Shown here one piece after another: positions 47,701 through 59,700 of a stretch of 64,000 bases of DNA (positions within the stretch are counted from its first letter, which is position 1; each line of letters begins with the position of its first letter). Below the pieces are notes generated by a model. It made no database searches, was not told the DNA's origin, and worked only from the letters and a program-made list of their open reading frames with translations. The stretch is from NCBI GenBank assembly GCA_964187785.1, contig OZ076415.1, forward strand, positions 49,476,001-49,540,000, written 5' to 3'. The stretch is from Amphiscolops sp. MND2022. Its lineage: Eukaryota. Made by a program: the position numbers and the translations under genes.

Positions 47701-50700
47701 TGAAACTGTAATTTTCGAACTTTGGGACGACCTGGTTAAAAAAAGGCTTTTCTTGATTGAATCTTTCAACGTCTTCAAAAGGTAATGAATTTTCTTGCGA
47801 AACCTTGGAAAAAAATCTGGCAAGAACTTTTGTGTAGAATGAGTTCATTTTAAGGTTAGGAGAAAAGATCGAAGAAAGGACTTTTAAAATATAATCATTT
47901 GAACTAGTGTTATTTCTCTTCTTTGTAGGTATCCAATAGTAATAGAAGCCTTTTCGGCTGCTGAAACCATTCTACGTCGTGAGGAGGCTGAGAGTGTATT
48001 TCTCAACATGGACAAGTACGAGCGATTCACGCCCATAGCCAACATGCTAGACGTTTTCAGCACCAGTGCAAACTTCAGTCAGCTTTTTGAGAAACCATTC
48101 CCAGAGGACGAGTCCAGCCCGTGGCCCGCCCAGCCTGAGTACAACAAAGAGAGCAAGGCTCTGGGAAACGGTCTCAAAATTGTGGTAGGTACCGTTCGGT
48201 GTCTTGTATTCTACTTTACTTCGTTTGTTTTGAGGGAATATCATAGTACTCGAAAATCTCGTTGGTTTTATCATGAAATGTTTCACTGACGAAGCCCATT
48301 CATCGATAGACTTTAGCAGTTGAAGGCCAAATCATTCAAAGAATTTATGAGGTATTGCATTGGCCGACTTTCGCCGAAACCTAAAAGGTTGTTTGATCAA
48401 AGTTGTCTCTCAATCGCTGTTTAGCTCTTGATAATAGACGCATGTCGTATTTAAATCAAGTCTGTCTATTGACCACTCAGTTTCATCAAAGTGTATACTG
48501 TTCAAATTGATGCCGTCATTTTTGTTTGAATTTCAGGCTACAGCTTTATCAACTTCTCAAAGTGTGTACTCATTTTCAGGATCTGTTTAAAGCGTCCAAT
48601 TGATGTTTCGTTGCTGGAGGAAACATGAGCTGCATTGATATTATAAAGCCTCGAGTCTTCGATACTGCTCATTAGGTTTCTGAACAAAATGCAATACTAA
48701 CGAACCCTGATATAATGTATCATGCTCAACGCTGTGACATAGTTGGATTGGTGTACGTTGTGTTTTTCTCAAATAAAAACATATCGAGCAGCGTAATAAA
48801 ACATATTTTGAGTGACCTTTCTAGAGTTTAAACTGGCAACTGAATTTTGAAGATCGAATTTTGCAAGAATACAATTGTCATAGAAATTAAAGAACCGAAA
48901 ATAGGTTGTATGAATCGACGCTCCGCGCGTAGCTCCTGCATTGACTGTATTATATTGATACTCTATTGATGAGCATTTTAAAAATTCTTCGATGCTGTTC
49001 ATTTTCGGGTTTTTCGGGTACTTTAAAAGAGAATACTTGACACTTTGAAGTCCTTTCGCTATTTTGAGCCTTAGATATGGCGCCGACTTAAGCTGTTCTT
49101 CGGCTTGTTACACTTGCGATAAGCAAGTGTTATGGGAAAGTGCGGGTGCTTTTTTTTCCACGCGACAACTCGTTTCAACCGGTAAGTCGCACAGCACAGT
49201 TCAGGCTTTCTTTCTCTAGTGGTAAGATGCTCGCTTTTCAACCCAGAGGTTTCGTGTTCGAACCGGTGCGTATTCGCTATTTCTTACAACCATTCCGAAG
49301 CAGAAGGGTCCCCCTTTCCACTTTTTTTCGGCACTGAGACTTTTCGAAAATTTTTGAATGTCCTCGAAGGGTCGGATTCATTTTTTCGAGATTTCGCAAC
49401 AGAATGGATGTTAGAAAATCCCAAAGGCCCTTTTTTTACAGTTTTTAACCTTCTGAGAGTTATCAAAATGAATGTTTTTGGTCTTGAAGTTGGGTTTTCT
49501 CAAGCCTAGCTCAGCACGCTATATCCGAATTTTGTTGAAGCGTTTTTTCTATGCGACGTTTTTCTAATTTGTTTTCGAAGCCCTCCCCTCAATTTTTACT
49601 ACAAACGAAACGTTTTGCGAGCATAAAGGACCCCCTACTGTTTTCTGTACTGTGCGACTTACTGGAGAAGTACTTCATCAAAATTGTTTCGAAATTGGTT
49701 TTTGAATGGTTTCCGGTTGAGAAAGATGGGTTTCTGCTGTTTCCAGTTGGGGGCTTCTCGACAAAAAAGCGCCCGGGAAGGAGGAAAGACGAGTTACATA
49801 CCAATATAATATAGTTGATGAGAAAAACTAGTTCATGTCGAACCAGCTCTATTTTCGGTCGTTGCGTATAATTTCATTTTTCAGCGCAACAAATAGTCAC
49901 CAACGTATGTGACGTACCTGTGTTGAGACTACGGTTTTCGAAAATTTAGGAAACGTAAAATTAGGAAGTTTTGGATATAAAGCTTTAGTTGGGCTTCAGG
50001 GTTTGGTACTGCAATTCATCAGTAAGTTTTTCGAGAGGCTTGTGGACAGCAATGAAATCAACTACCTGGCAGTAGTGCGCACAGAATTCGCCAGGCTCAA
50101 AATTCTGGATCAAATCGAGGTGAGCCAGCTTTCCATAAGTTGCTAGTAATCAATTCCCGCTTCTTCGACTTTACTGCCATTTTTTCAAATTTACAAACAT
50201 CAAAAAATCATGTCGGATAACTGTGAAATCGAAAATTGTCAAACATGATGTTGGGATCTTACGATTTTTTAGTCGGCGCTTTTCTTCAAAAGAGCCGACT
50301 ATAGTCATGGCTTTTCGTCAGTGTTTTAAAAATTTCGATACACCGGAAAAGACCGAAATAGTTCTACCAAAAGTGTTACAAAATTTTAAGAAGACGCCAA
50401 ATTGTACCAGTTGGCCCAAGGAACTGAACCAAAAAGGTTTCCCGCGTAGCATACAATACCGGACGAGACTAAAGGGTCCTCCTTTCAGTTTTTCGGCATT
50501 GTGAGACTTTTTCAAAAAAAAAATTCGGGTGCTGTAGAAGAGAATGCTTTGACACTTTGAAGTCCTTTTGCCATTTTTGAGCCTTAGATATGGCGCGGAC
50601 TTGGGACGGTCCCGGCTTGTTTAAAGTCGTTCCGGTGTGTCTTGTATATCATTGTGCTTGTTGTTATTGTAGGTTTTGAGGATCAAATTATGCAACAAGA

Positions 50701-53700
50701 AGAGAATCCGAGTGGAGGAGGCAGCGGAGTGTGCCCAGTTCCAGCATATCTACGATCGCTATCCGGACATGCCAGACGTGGACGAGAAGGACGATCTGGC
50801 TCAATTAGTCTACCATATCTCATACACTATCGCCGACAAACTTCATGCCCGAATAGTGAGTAAACAACCCCACTTTTGTCATAGAACGTATATACATGTA
50901 TAGAGAGTGGAATTTGGGATGAGATTCCCATAGCAATAGTTTCATATTATGCTAAATGTTGACTACAGCGGCGTCTCTAGAAATTTTTAAAGGGAGAGGC
51001 GAAATCATTACCGAGAATGAAAATGAAAACCACAAAAATCTCATTTTGGTAAATCACTTTATTGTAAGGCTCTGTTCCGTCATCATAAATTTGTAAATGA
51101 AATTTTCAAAAAAATCAAATTGGACCGATTTTTAAAATATTTGTCTTCAAGTTTTTAAAATATTAATTTTAATTTTAAAATATCAATTTAATTAGAACAG
51201 TAAATTTTTAAAATCTTAACTGTTTTGTCAAGTTACTTGGTTGTAATTTTTGAACGAAGATGGGGGGAGGGGCGACTGACTGGTCTAATACGAGGTCAAT
51301 TTGGACGAAAAGACTCTTTTTTACAGTTTGAATGGAAACTTTTTTTCAAACGTTTTGAACTTGTAACGTTTTTAACTTTCCAGCCTTTTAAATTTTTCAG
51401 AAAAACAGTTGTCGCTGCATTCTGAGGTGAAAACTTTTCTAGTTTGTATATGGCGGCTCATTTTAGTCTCATTACATCAATTAATTTGATGGACAAACTT
51501 TCGGTTAAAATAAGAACTCCCGACAATCGGAAGAAATGGACTGAAATGTTCTTTCTCGTCTTTTTGGGTTGCTCAATTTCCAGAGATATCATTTTGAAAT
51601 ATCCTCAAATGGAAAATTGAGTTTCTATCAATTCTATAAATTGAGTTTTTTCTTCATATATTATTTTTTGATCACAACAGATTAATTTTGTTTTCTAGGA
51701 AGTGCACGACGACAGCCTAAAGAGGTACCTAGACACATGTGAGGGTACCTTCAAGATGTTACTGTCTTCACTGCAGGGAACAGACTGTGAGAAGTATCTT
51801 CTGGCCATGCTTCAGATACTGCTTTTTTACAGAGACGATGACGACTATTCCAGGCATGCAACAACTTTTCATTCATCTCCCGATCCTGTCTTTGGATCTG
51901 TGTCGTTTGCTCAAAACTTTTCCGTGTTTATCTTGATCTTTTCAAGCTCTTAATTGCATAGCTATAATTTTAATCTAAGTTATCAGAGTTACAAGTGGGT
52001 CATAATTCAGTTGTTACACCTGTGTGTTTTGCTTCTCAGTGCGACCATTTCGTGCTCTTCCAAGTACTCAGCTCTCATGGAAATTGATTTTTTTCATAGT
52101 AACAAGCTTTGAACTAATGAATAAAATTTTGAATGCACGTCATGAATATCAGTTTGTCAACATTTTTTTTTAAATTAAAGAGTCGTCTTTTGTTTCAGAA
52201 TAACTTACTACCGACTAATAACAGAGTGTGTATCCCAAGTGTTTGTGAACAGAAAGAAAGACCACATGGACTTCTCCAATGGGATCCAATTGAAGGACGA
52301 CATCTCCATGGATATATTCCTGGACAATATCTGCTCCAGAATAGCAGCCGTCGAAGGCAGTAATCCCGATCCAGGAAGGGGCTCCCAACGTAAAGTAAGT
52401 TGTCTGACCCTAACTGCAATCATCTTTGTAGGAAATCAATGAAAAAACATTGCCAAGGCTTGAGGTCCGTATTTAATTCATCTAGTTTTAGTTGTTGACA
52501 AAATGTGGTTTATCTGTCCCATCCCTAAACATTATATGCTATTGCTATAGGAAGCTTCATGATTTTTACACAGGTTAAAACCTATTCATTCGAACGTATT
52601 GTTTTTCATTGAACCCGAATTTTAAAAAACCTTGACTTTCAGAAAACCGTATCAGGATACTGGTACGGTTTTCTCAATGTCAAATGTTTTTAAAATCCGG
52701 GTTCAACAATACCTACGAATGAACTTTGGTAATGAATGCTTCTCGAGCTGGTTTCGCCAATGCATTCAAAGTTGAAGCAACCAATTCAGATTATTTGCTG
52801 CGGCGATTCGCGATCCACTCCGTATCAACGCAGAACAGTTAATTTCGATTTTGTTTGCGCTTCAATTTGTTTTATTATTTTCCGCCCACATAAATGGGGG
52901 AGGAAAATCATGATCTGCGACGCGTTGTTTTTACTAATTCTGCCAAAACTCACCTTATCTCTACTCCATTTATGCACTTTGTTCAATTATGGTGGCCCAG
53001 TTAGGTTCGAACCCGGGCTGGTGCTTGAATTTTTTTGTTTCCCAGCCTGTAGGTCGTGGGTTCGAACCTCTCCTTCACCATACTTTTTTGCAATAAGCGT
53101 GTCGCGGTGCTTAGCGAGCGTCTTGTTGATTACTCGAAAATATCCGTGTTCTGCATTGATAGGTCAGTCTTTATGAGCTGGTTTACAACAAATCTAAAAG
53201 TTTTTTGAATATTCAGCCATTCACGCTCTTAGCTTAAATGACAAACACATTTTTCGATCATTTTTACGTAAGATGGGATTCTATTTGAACGTCAGAAGCC
53301 ACCTGCATAATAGCACAAACGCTTTTGTTTGTTTTCAACTACAGTTTGAAAGTTTCGAATTCCGTTTGTTTTTAGCGAAAGTTTAACTTCAAGACGAATC
53401 AGGCAAATTTCGTGCACAAAGTCGCTGAAGCTTCTCTGAGCTCTCTTTGGCCCCGAAATTTTTCCTGCTCATTATTGTACTGTCCCATTCCATAACATGA
53501 CAGAAAATTAATTCTGTTTTCCGCTCATATTTCATAATGCGTGTAAAAAACAACCGGCTTGATTTTTTCAAACGAAATGATTCAATAATTGCTTTTTGCT
53601 CATTCGTCATACAATTTGTTTCTGAGGTATAATTCGTTAATATTCCTACATAAGCTGGAAAATTATTAAAATGCTAAGCAGTTTTTGTTCAGTCAGAAAA

Positions 53701-56700
53701 TTAGACATTCTGACCAAATGGCTTTTTCCTAAAAGCAATTTGCTTTTTTCTATACTTTTAAAGGTACGTTCAACAAGTAGACTTCGTTTTTTAATCGTTG
53801 ACTGATAACGTTCCAAGCAGTGAATGCATAAGTCATTACCACTTACCAGTATCTTTTATTCAAGTGCATAGGTTTTTCTTCTATATTAAGTAACAAAGCT
53901 TATAGTAAATGTTTGTTAATGCCTTCATTAGCACCAAGTTTGCACATCTTGTTGAAAATTCGAAAAGTAAGTTTGTGTGTGTGAAAAGTCTATAGAGGAA
54001 AACATTTCTATTTCTAAGGAATGACCCCAAAAATTTTGGGGTAATGATAGATGAACGTTTCGAAGTTTATTTGAAAGTTCATTGCTGACTTTTAACTCAA
54101 AGACCTAGATGGCTCGTAAAAGTGCAATAAGTTGCGAGTGCTGAAGTTTTAAGTCTGAATTTTGTCATGGAACCCGAAACAACTGTTGCACCAGAAACAG
54201 AAAAGTTTTTATTGAAATTTAGTCTGGTCTCGGACTCCAATGTGAAATGAAACACTTCTTTTGTTTCCGCTAATAAGTATATTGGACTAATGACTACTGG
54301 AATGGCTTAAATTGATGAAATTGCTTTGATGAATCAATTACACTTCCTAGTTTCATTGCGCTCTTTTGTTGTATAAGATTTCGAAATTGCTATTTTACTG
54401 AACTACCTGATTTGGATTATAGACTGTACTTACCTGACGATCATGGATTGTGGTATGATTTTCCACTATATATGTTTCAGGAAAATTTTTTGACAATTAA
54501 TATAAATTGAAATATAATAAATTTCCATATTTTTGAAGCGGTTGGCTACAGTGGACGAAGTTGTGAGTACTAAGCTATAATAAATATGCATCATGTTTCG
54601 ATGTCTGTGAAATCAAATTGGGAAATACTTTGCATGATGATCACCGGGGATCTTGCAACTGTCGTCCTGTGGATGTTTCCACAATTTCACATGGGAACTT
54701 TTTGTTCTACCACAAAATGGAATCTTGACCTCTACTTTATTTTTCTGTTGCATCTTTGCTCAGCATAAATATGAATGCTGTTTTTGTTGAACTGAAAATG
54801 CATGGAAAGGTCTTCAGTTGTATTGATTACAATACCGAGGAGAAAGTTCAAAAGTACATTACCAAAACGATGCTATCATATACTATTCGAGCGAGATTCA
54901 AGAACTGAACAGTTCTCGAATATCTTCGTTTTTTTTTAAAAAAAAGTTTTGATGCCAATGTTCTGACATCGCTAAATCAAACAGTTATTCACTGAACCGC
55001 TTATTTCGTAGTGACTAGTCTACTAAAAAGTTTTTTGCTTACTTCAGTTGATTTACAACCGCTGAATATAATTTTTTTTTAATAAGGAGACAAAATTGAC
55101 TGTCGAAAAACGATTGTTAGATAGTACCACAACTGTATACGAAATTTTCAGCAATTCCAGTGAATTCACGCTAAATTCCAATGATGTCACATATAGTTTT
55201 GTGGCCTCATCGCTTATGCCACAACATTTTCGACATAATGTGTCTGGAACGATTGTTCTGTGCACTCTTGAAAAATCGATTATATAATTGTTACTGCTAA
55301 ATCAATTCACCAATAAAATCGTACCACTTCGCTAAACCGCTAGGCTGTGGTGTCATAATCCTGGCTGATGCTGTAATAAATCATTGGTCACGTTTGGATG
55401 TTATTTTAATATGAATCGGTAGGTATACGGAAACTCGTCGAAAACAACGCGCCGAATGCCACTCATCGAGAGAAAAAGGCGAAAAACTGGTCGAAACTTA
55501 GCTCGTCGATCATTAATTGGGCGCAAACTCGTCGAAATCGGAGTGTTTTTCAATAGTTTACTGTGTAATACTTCATAATACGTTTGTCCGTAATACAGCA
55601 TGATCACAAAGTTAACACTATATTTGGCTGAGATGATTTTCTGTACTTGCGAGTTCTCCGCCGTGGAATTTTTGGCGAGTTGCCCTTTCGACCAGTTTTC
55701 CGCCTTGAGTTTTTGAAAAGTTGTTTTTGACTAGTTTTCTTATGCTCGATTCAGTATATGATCTTTTCATTTTTGCCTGAAAGAGACGGTTTTTCTCTTT
55801 TGAAATTACGGAAATACAATTGAATTTGGAAGTACAATTGAATACAACTCTAAAGTTAGACGTCTTTTTAGGCTATCCCCAAATCTCCAACGCCTATAAT
55901 CGCCGTAAGATATGTATATGCCCATTTCTTTCAATATGCTTTCATTATTAAAGTTGGTTCATATAGAATTCATCGAACAGCCGCATTTAACTCAAACCTT
56001 GAATCATTCAAATTGAATCAAACCATTAATGCTAACACTTCTCAGTCGTTTTTGTCTTCAAATCAAAATCATCAGCGTTGGACGGTCATAATATCGGTTC
56101 TCTGACAAACATCAATTCAAAATCGTACTACTAAGTACTATCATACTACCAAGTACTTGGTTTTACCTCATACAAGATAGATCAATGGGTAATAATCACG
56201 AGGCCTCTCAATAGCCAAGGTCTTTTTGGAATGAAATTTGATATTAAACAAATTTAGGGAATTGAATGAAGCTTTCTTCAACAATAGAACACATGGAAAG
56301 CTATATTTGGCTCTGCATTTCGTTTAATTCCTGAACTGTGTCGTGGAAAAGGGGAATTGTGAATGGTAACCGTTTTCGGTTGCTGTTCGGCGCATTCTCA
56401 TGAAACCGCTGATGGATGAACTAAGAAGTCGTCCTTCAAATTGTCTAAATGGTGCCTGTGCATGGTGTCGAAAACAGAGGTTTAGAGCCGAAAACTGGTT
56501 TTCCAACTTGCAAGGTTGCGCTTGATCGGAAGAATGGCTTACAATCGGAAAACATTCGAAAACATGAAAAAATGGACGAGCCTATTGTAAACGTGATCTT
56601 TGCATGCTCTCTAATAATGTTAGATTTTTAGGCTGTACAATATCGGTAACTAAACTTCCTAGTAAAATGTGACAGTTGAAATTGAGTTATATCATGTCTC

Positions 56701-59700
56701 TTTTTGAGCATGGGCATCCAGGGGAAGTGGGGAGGCTGAGACATTCCAGTCCTCCCCCCATTGCGCCTCCGCCCCCTACCCCGGCATCTGTGCCTACTTC
56801 CCCTTTCACAAAACATGAAACTGACGTCAAAAGTCCCACCGTAAGTTCCCAATAAACTAACACGGACTGATCCAGAAATGATCTGCTTTCTATTAGAAAT
56901 AACAAAAATGTCCGACCTTCTGTCCTCGTTTCTGATAGATTTAGTAATAATTGGTTAATCCTCTAAAATAGCTAGAAAGGGTGAGAAAGCATAGGTTTAA
57001 CGAAAATTTCGTGATTGGGTGGGTGATCACGACTTTATAATAACATGTTCATGTTGAAAAATATCCGTAGAATCATTAAATATGTGAGCTTTAACGTGAT
57101 TTTTTTTCCAGTTTTTCTATTCTGTCTATTCCAGACTTTTTCAGTCTCCATTATGTCACCATTATGCAGTGTTATCGGCATCAAGCTTTCTTTAAGAAAA
57201 CGGCGTGACTATGCGTCGTAACTATAAATGACCCTCGCGCTGACTTTGAAACGGAAAATTTTGGCACAACTTGCCGGCTATGCATGGAGAAATATCTCTA
57301 TCTGTTAAAAGGTAAGGATAGGATAAGTCTGACACAATTTCGTTGTGCACCATTAACACTACCTAGAATTGTAGTGAAACTTAATGTCCTCCAGCGCAAT
57401 GACTGTTTATACTGTGAAGATGTATGCAAAGCAGATGAATACCATCTGCTTTTAGTCTGCAAAAAATTCAGGTACGAACGTGAGAAATATTTACCAGTCT
57501 TTTTCTACATGTACCCGAATCTGATTAAGTTTGACCAGCTGATGAACTCCGTCAATGTCGATCTTCTTAGAAACCTTTCAGCTCTATGCAGAACAATCTG
57601 CGATGCTAGTATCGATTGAACTAGCTATATGAATTCTGTCATGTTGTTTTTTGAGTTTATACTTTTGATTGTATTTTGTACGCCTTAGGGCAGCAAATAA
57701 TAATAAATCTTCTTCTTCTTCTTCTTCTTCTTCTTGCAACTCGAAAACTTTGAAAGTACTTGAACTGATTTGTCCAGACTTCCTCGACATTCAAACTTCC
57801 TTTCCTTTCTCAACGCTTTCAGAGTACAACGGTGAAAAAAGGACAGAAAATATTTTATTCTGGTGCAATGATGCCATTTTTGGCAGTAAAACTTCGGCAC
57901 TGCGCTACTTTTTTCTTCATCTCACCAAAGGGCCCCCGTCTGTTCTATTGCTGCTTTCACTTAGAAAAACGCGTTTTTCGAGTCTAAGGAATCACCTTTG
58001 TGTGTTTGAGCATTCTGCAACTTTTTTCGAGAACAAAATTTTCAGCATTTTCGGGTTTTTGATTTTTCAGTTTGAGAAGGTTTTTCGATCCGAAAAGGCG
58101 CCCTTTGGTTTTTTGGCACTGTGAAATCTATGCGAATGTCCAAAAAGCCTCTCTGTGCGTTTTAACCCTAATGAACCTAGTGGTGCTTTAAAGCAGCCTA
58201 CCTTTTTTTCCAAATTCTGATTCCTTTTGCTCGTAGCCCATTTTCTCTAGCACAGTTTTGTTTCAACAATTAATTGCTACCTAGATTTATATTTTCCCAA
58301 AATTCAGTTTTTGATAAAATCCAAATTTCTCAAAAAAATTTGACCCATAGCAAAAACCAACCCCATACACTTGCACAACCAATTCTTTGGCAAAAAATCC
58401 CAATAATATTTTGTTGTTACTACAAGCCCCGAGCAGCGGGCCGCACGAAGTGCGGAACTGCCTCGAAGCGGCGGTATCGGAAAAAGAAGCTAAAATTCTG
58501 AGGAAGGGGCGCGCGGCGACAGGGGCTCACCTGATTAATACCAGACCTTTCAAACGCGCTATAGTTCGTTTCTCTGGTATGCGTAGTTGTGGAGATATTC
58601 ATGTTTTAAATTTTTTAATCAATTTTTTTGAAAAACGCCCAGGTCAATTGGGGTTAAAGAGACTGTGCTTTTTGAGCCCTCACCGGGCGCCGAATTGAAA
58701 AGTCTGGTTCAGCGTTACACGAGACGGGCTTTTTTCAAACGAAGCCTCTGCTTCTGTCCGCTCTCTGGCACCCCACAGAATCTGTTTTAACCCATTTTTA
58801 CTGTAATTACAAGACTTTTGTTGCACTAGGTCAAATATTTTCTCTTGCTAAATGTCCAGCAACTTTTGGACAACAATTCCTACCCGTAATTATTTCTTGA
58901 TTTAAATTGTTAATTACCTTATTCCAAAGTTGCGTGGTTTGATGGAAAAATTTTCTAACTTACAGGAAACAGTGAGAAATATTTAAAAGTCATTTCTTTG
59001 CGGAAATTGAAGTTTTTTGCCGAATTTCATTACGTCACTCAAGTGTTATCGTTCAGGCTCGAAAGTTTTGGAGGTTAAAGATAGCAGAAATTGAATTAAT
59101 GCCGATACCCTAATCTATAGTTGAGATTTTCTTTCTCTGCTATCTCTTTCTGGGTGCTTGTTCGTCCAAAATTACTGAGACCCCGAATGTTCATCAAAAA
59201 TCTTCTGAACGTATCGACATGCTCGTTATATGATCTGATGAATTGTTTCTCACTTTCCGATTGTTTTGCTATTTTCTCGGCGTGACTATGCGTCGTAACT
59301 ATAAATGACCCTCGCGCTGACTTTGAAACGGAAAATTTTGGCACAACTTGCCGGCTATGCATGGAGAAATATCTCTATCTGTTAAAAGGTAAGGATAGGA
59401 TAAGTCTGACACAATTTCGTTGTGCACCATTAACACTACCTAGAATTGTAGTGAAACTTAATGTCCTCCAGCGCAATGACAGTTTATACTGTGAAGATGT
59501 ATGCAAAGCAGATGAATACCATCTGCTTTTAGTCTGCAAAAAATTCAGGTACGAACGTGAGAAATATTTACCAGTCTTTTTCTACATGTACCCGAATCTG
59601 ATTAAGTTTGACCAGCTGATGAACTCCGTCAATGTCGATCTTCTTAGAAACCTTTCAGCTCTATGCAGAACAATCTGCGATGCTAGTATCGATTGAACTA

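Noticed and set aside
48538-48600. Possible formin exon after TTTCAG
   Set aside because: The in-phase frame stops quickly. The FH3 motif continues at 50000 instead.
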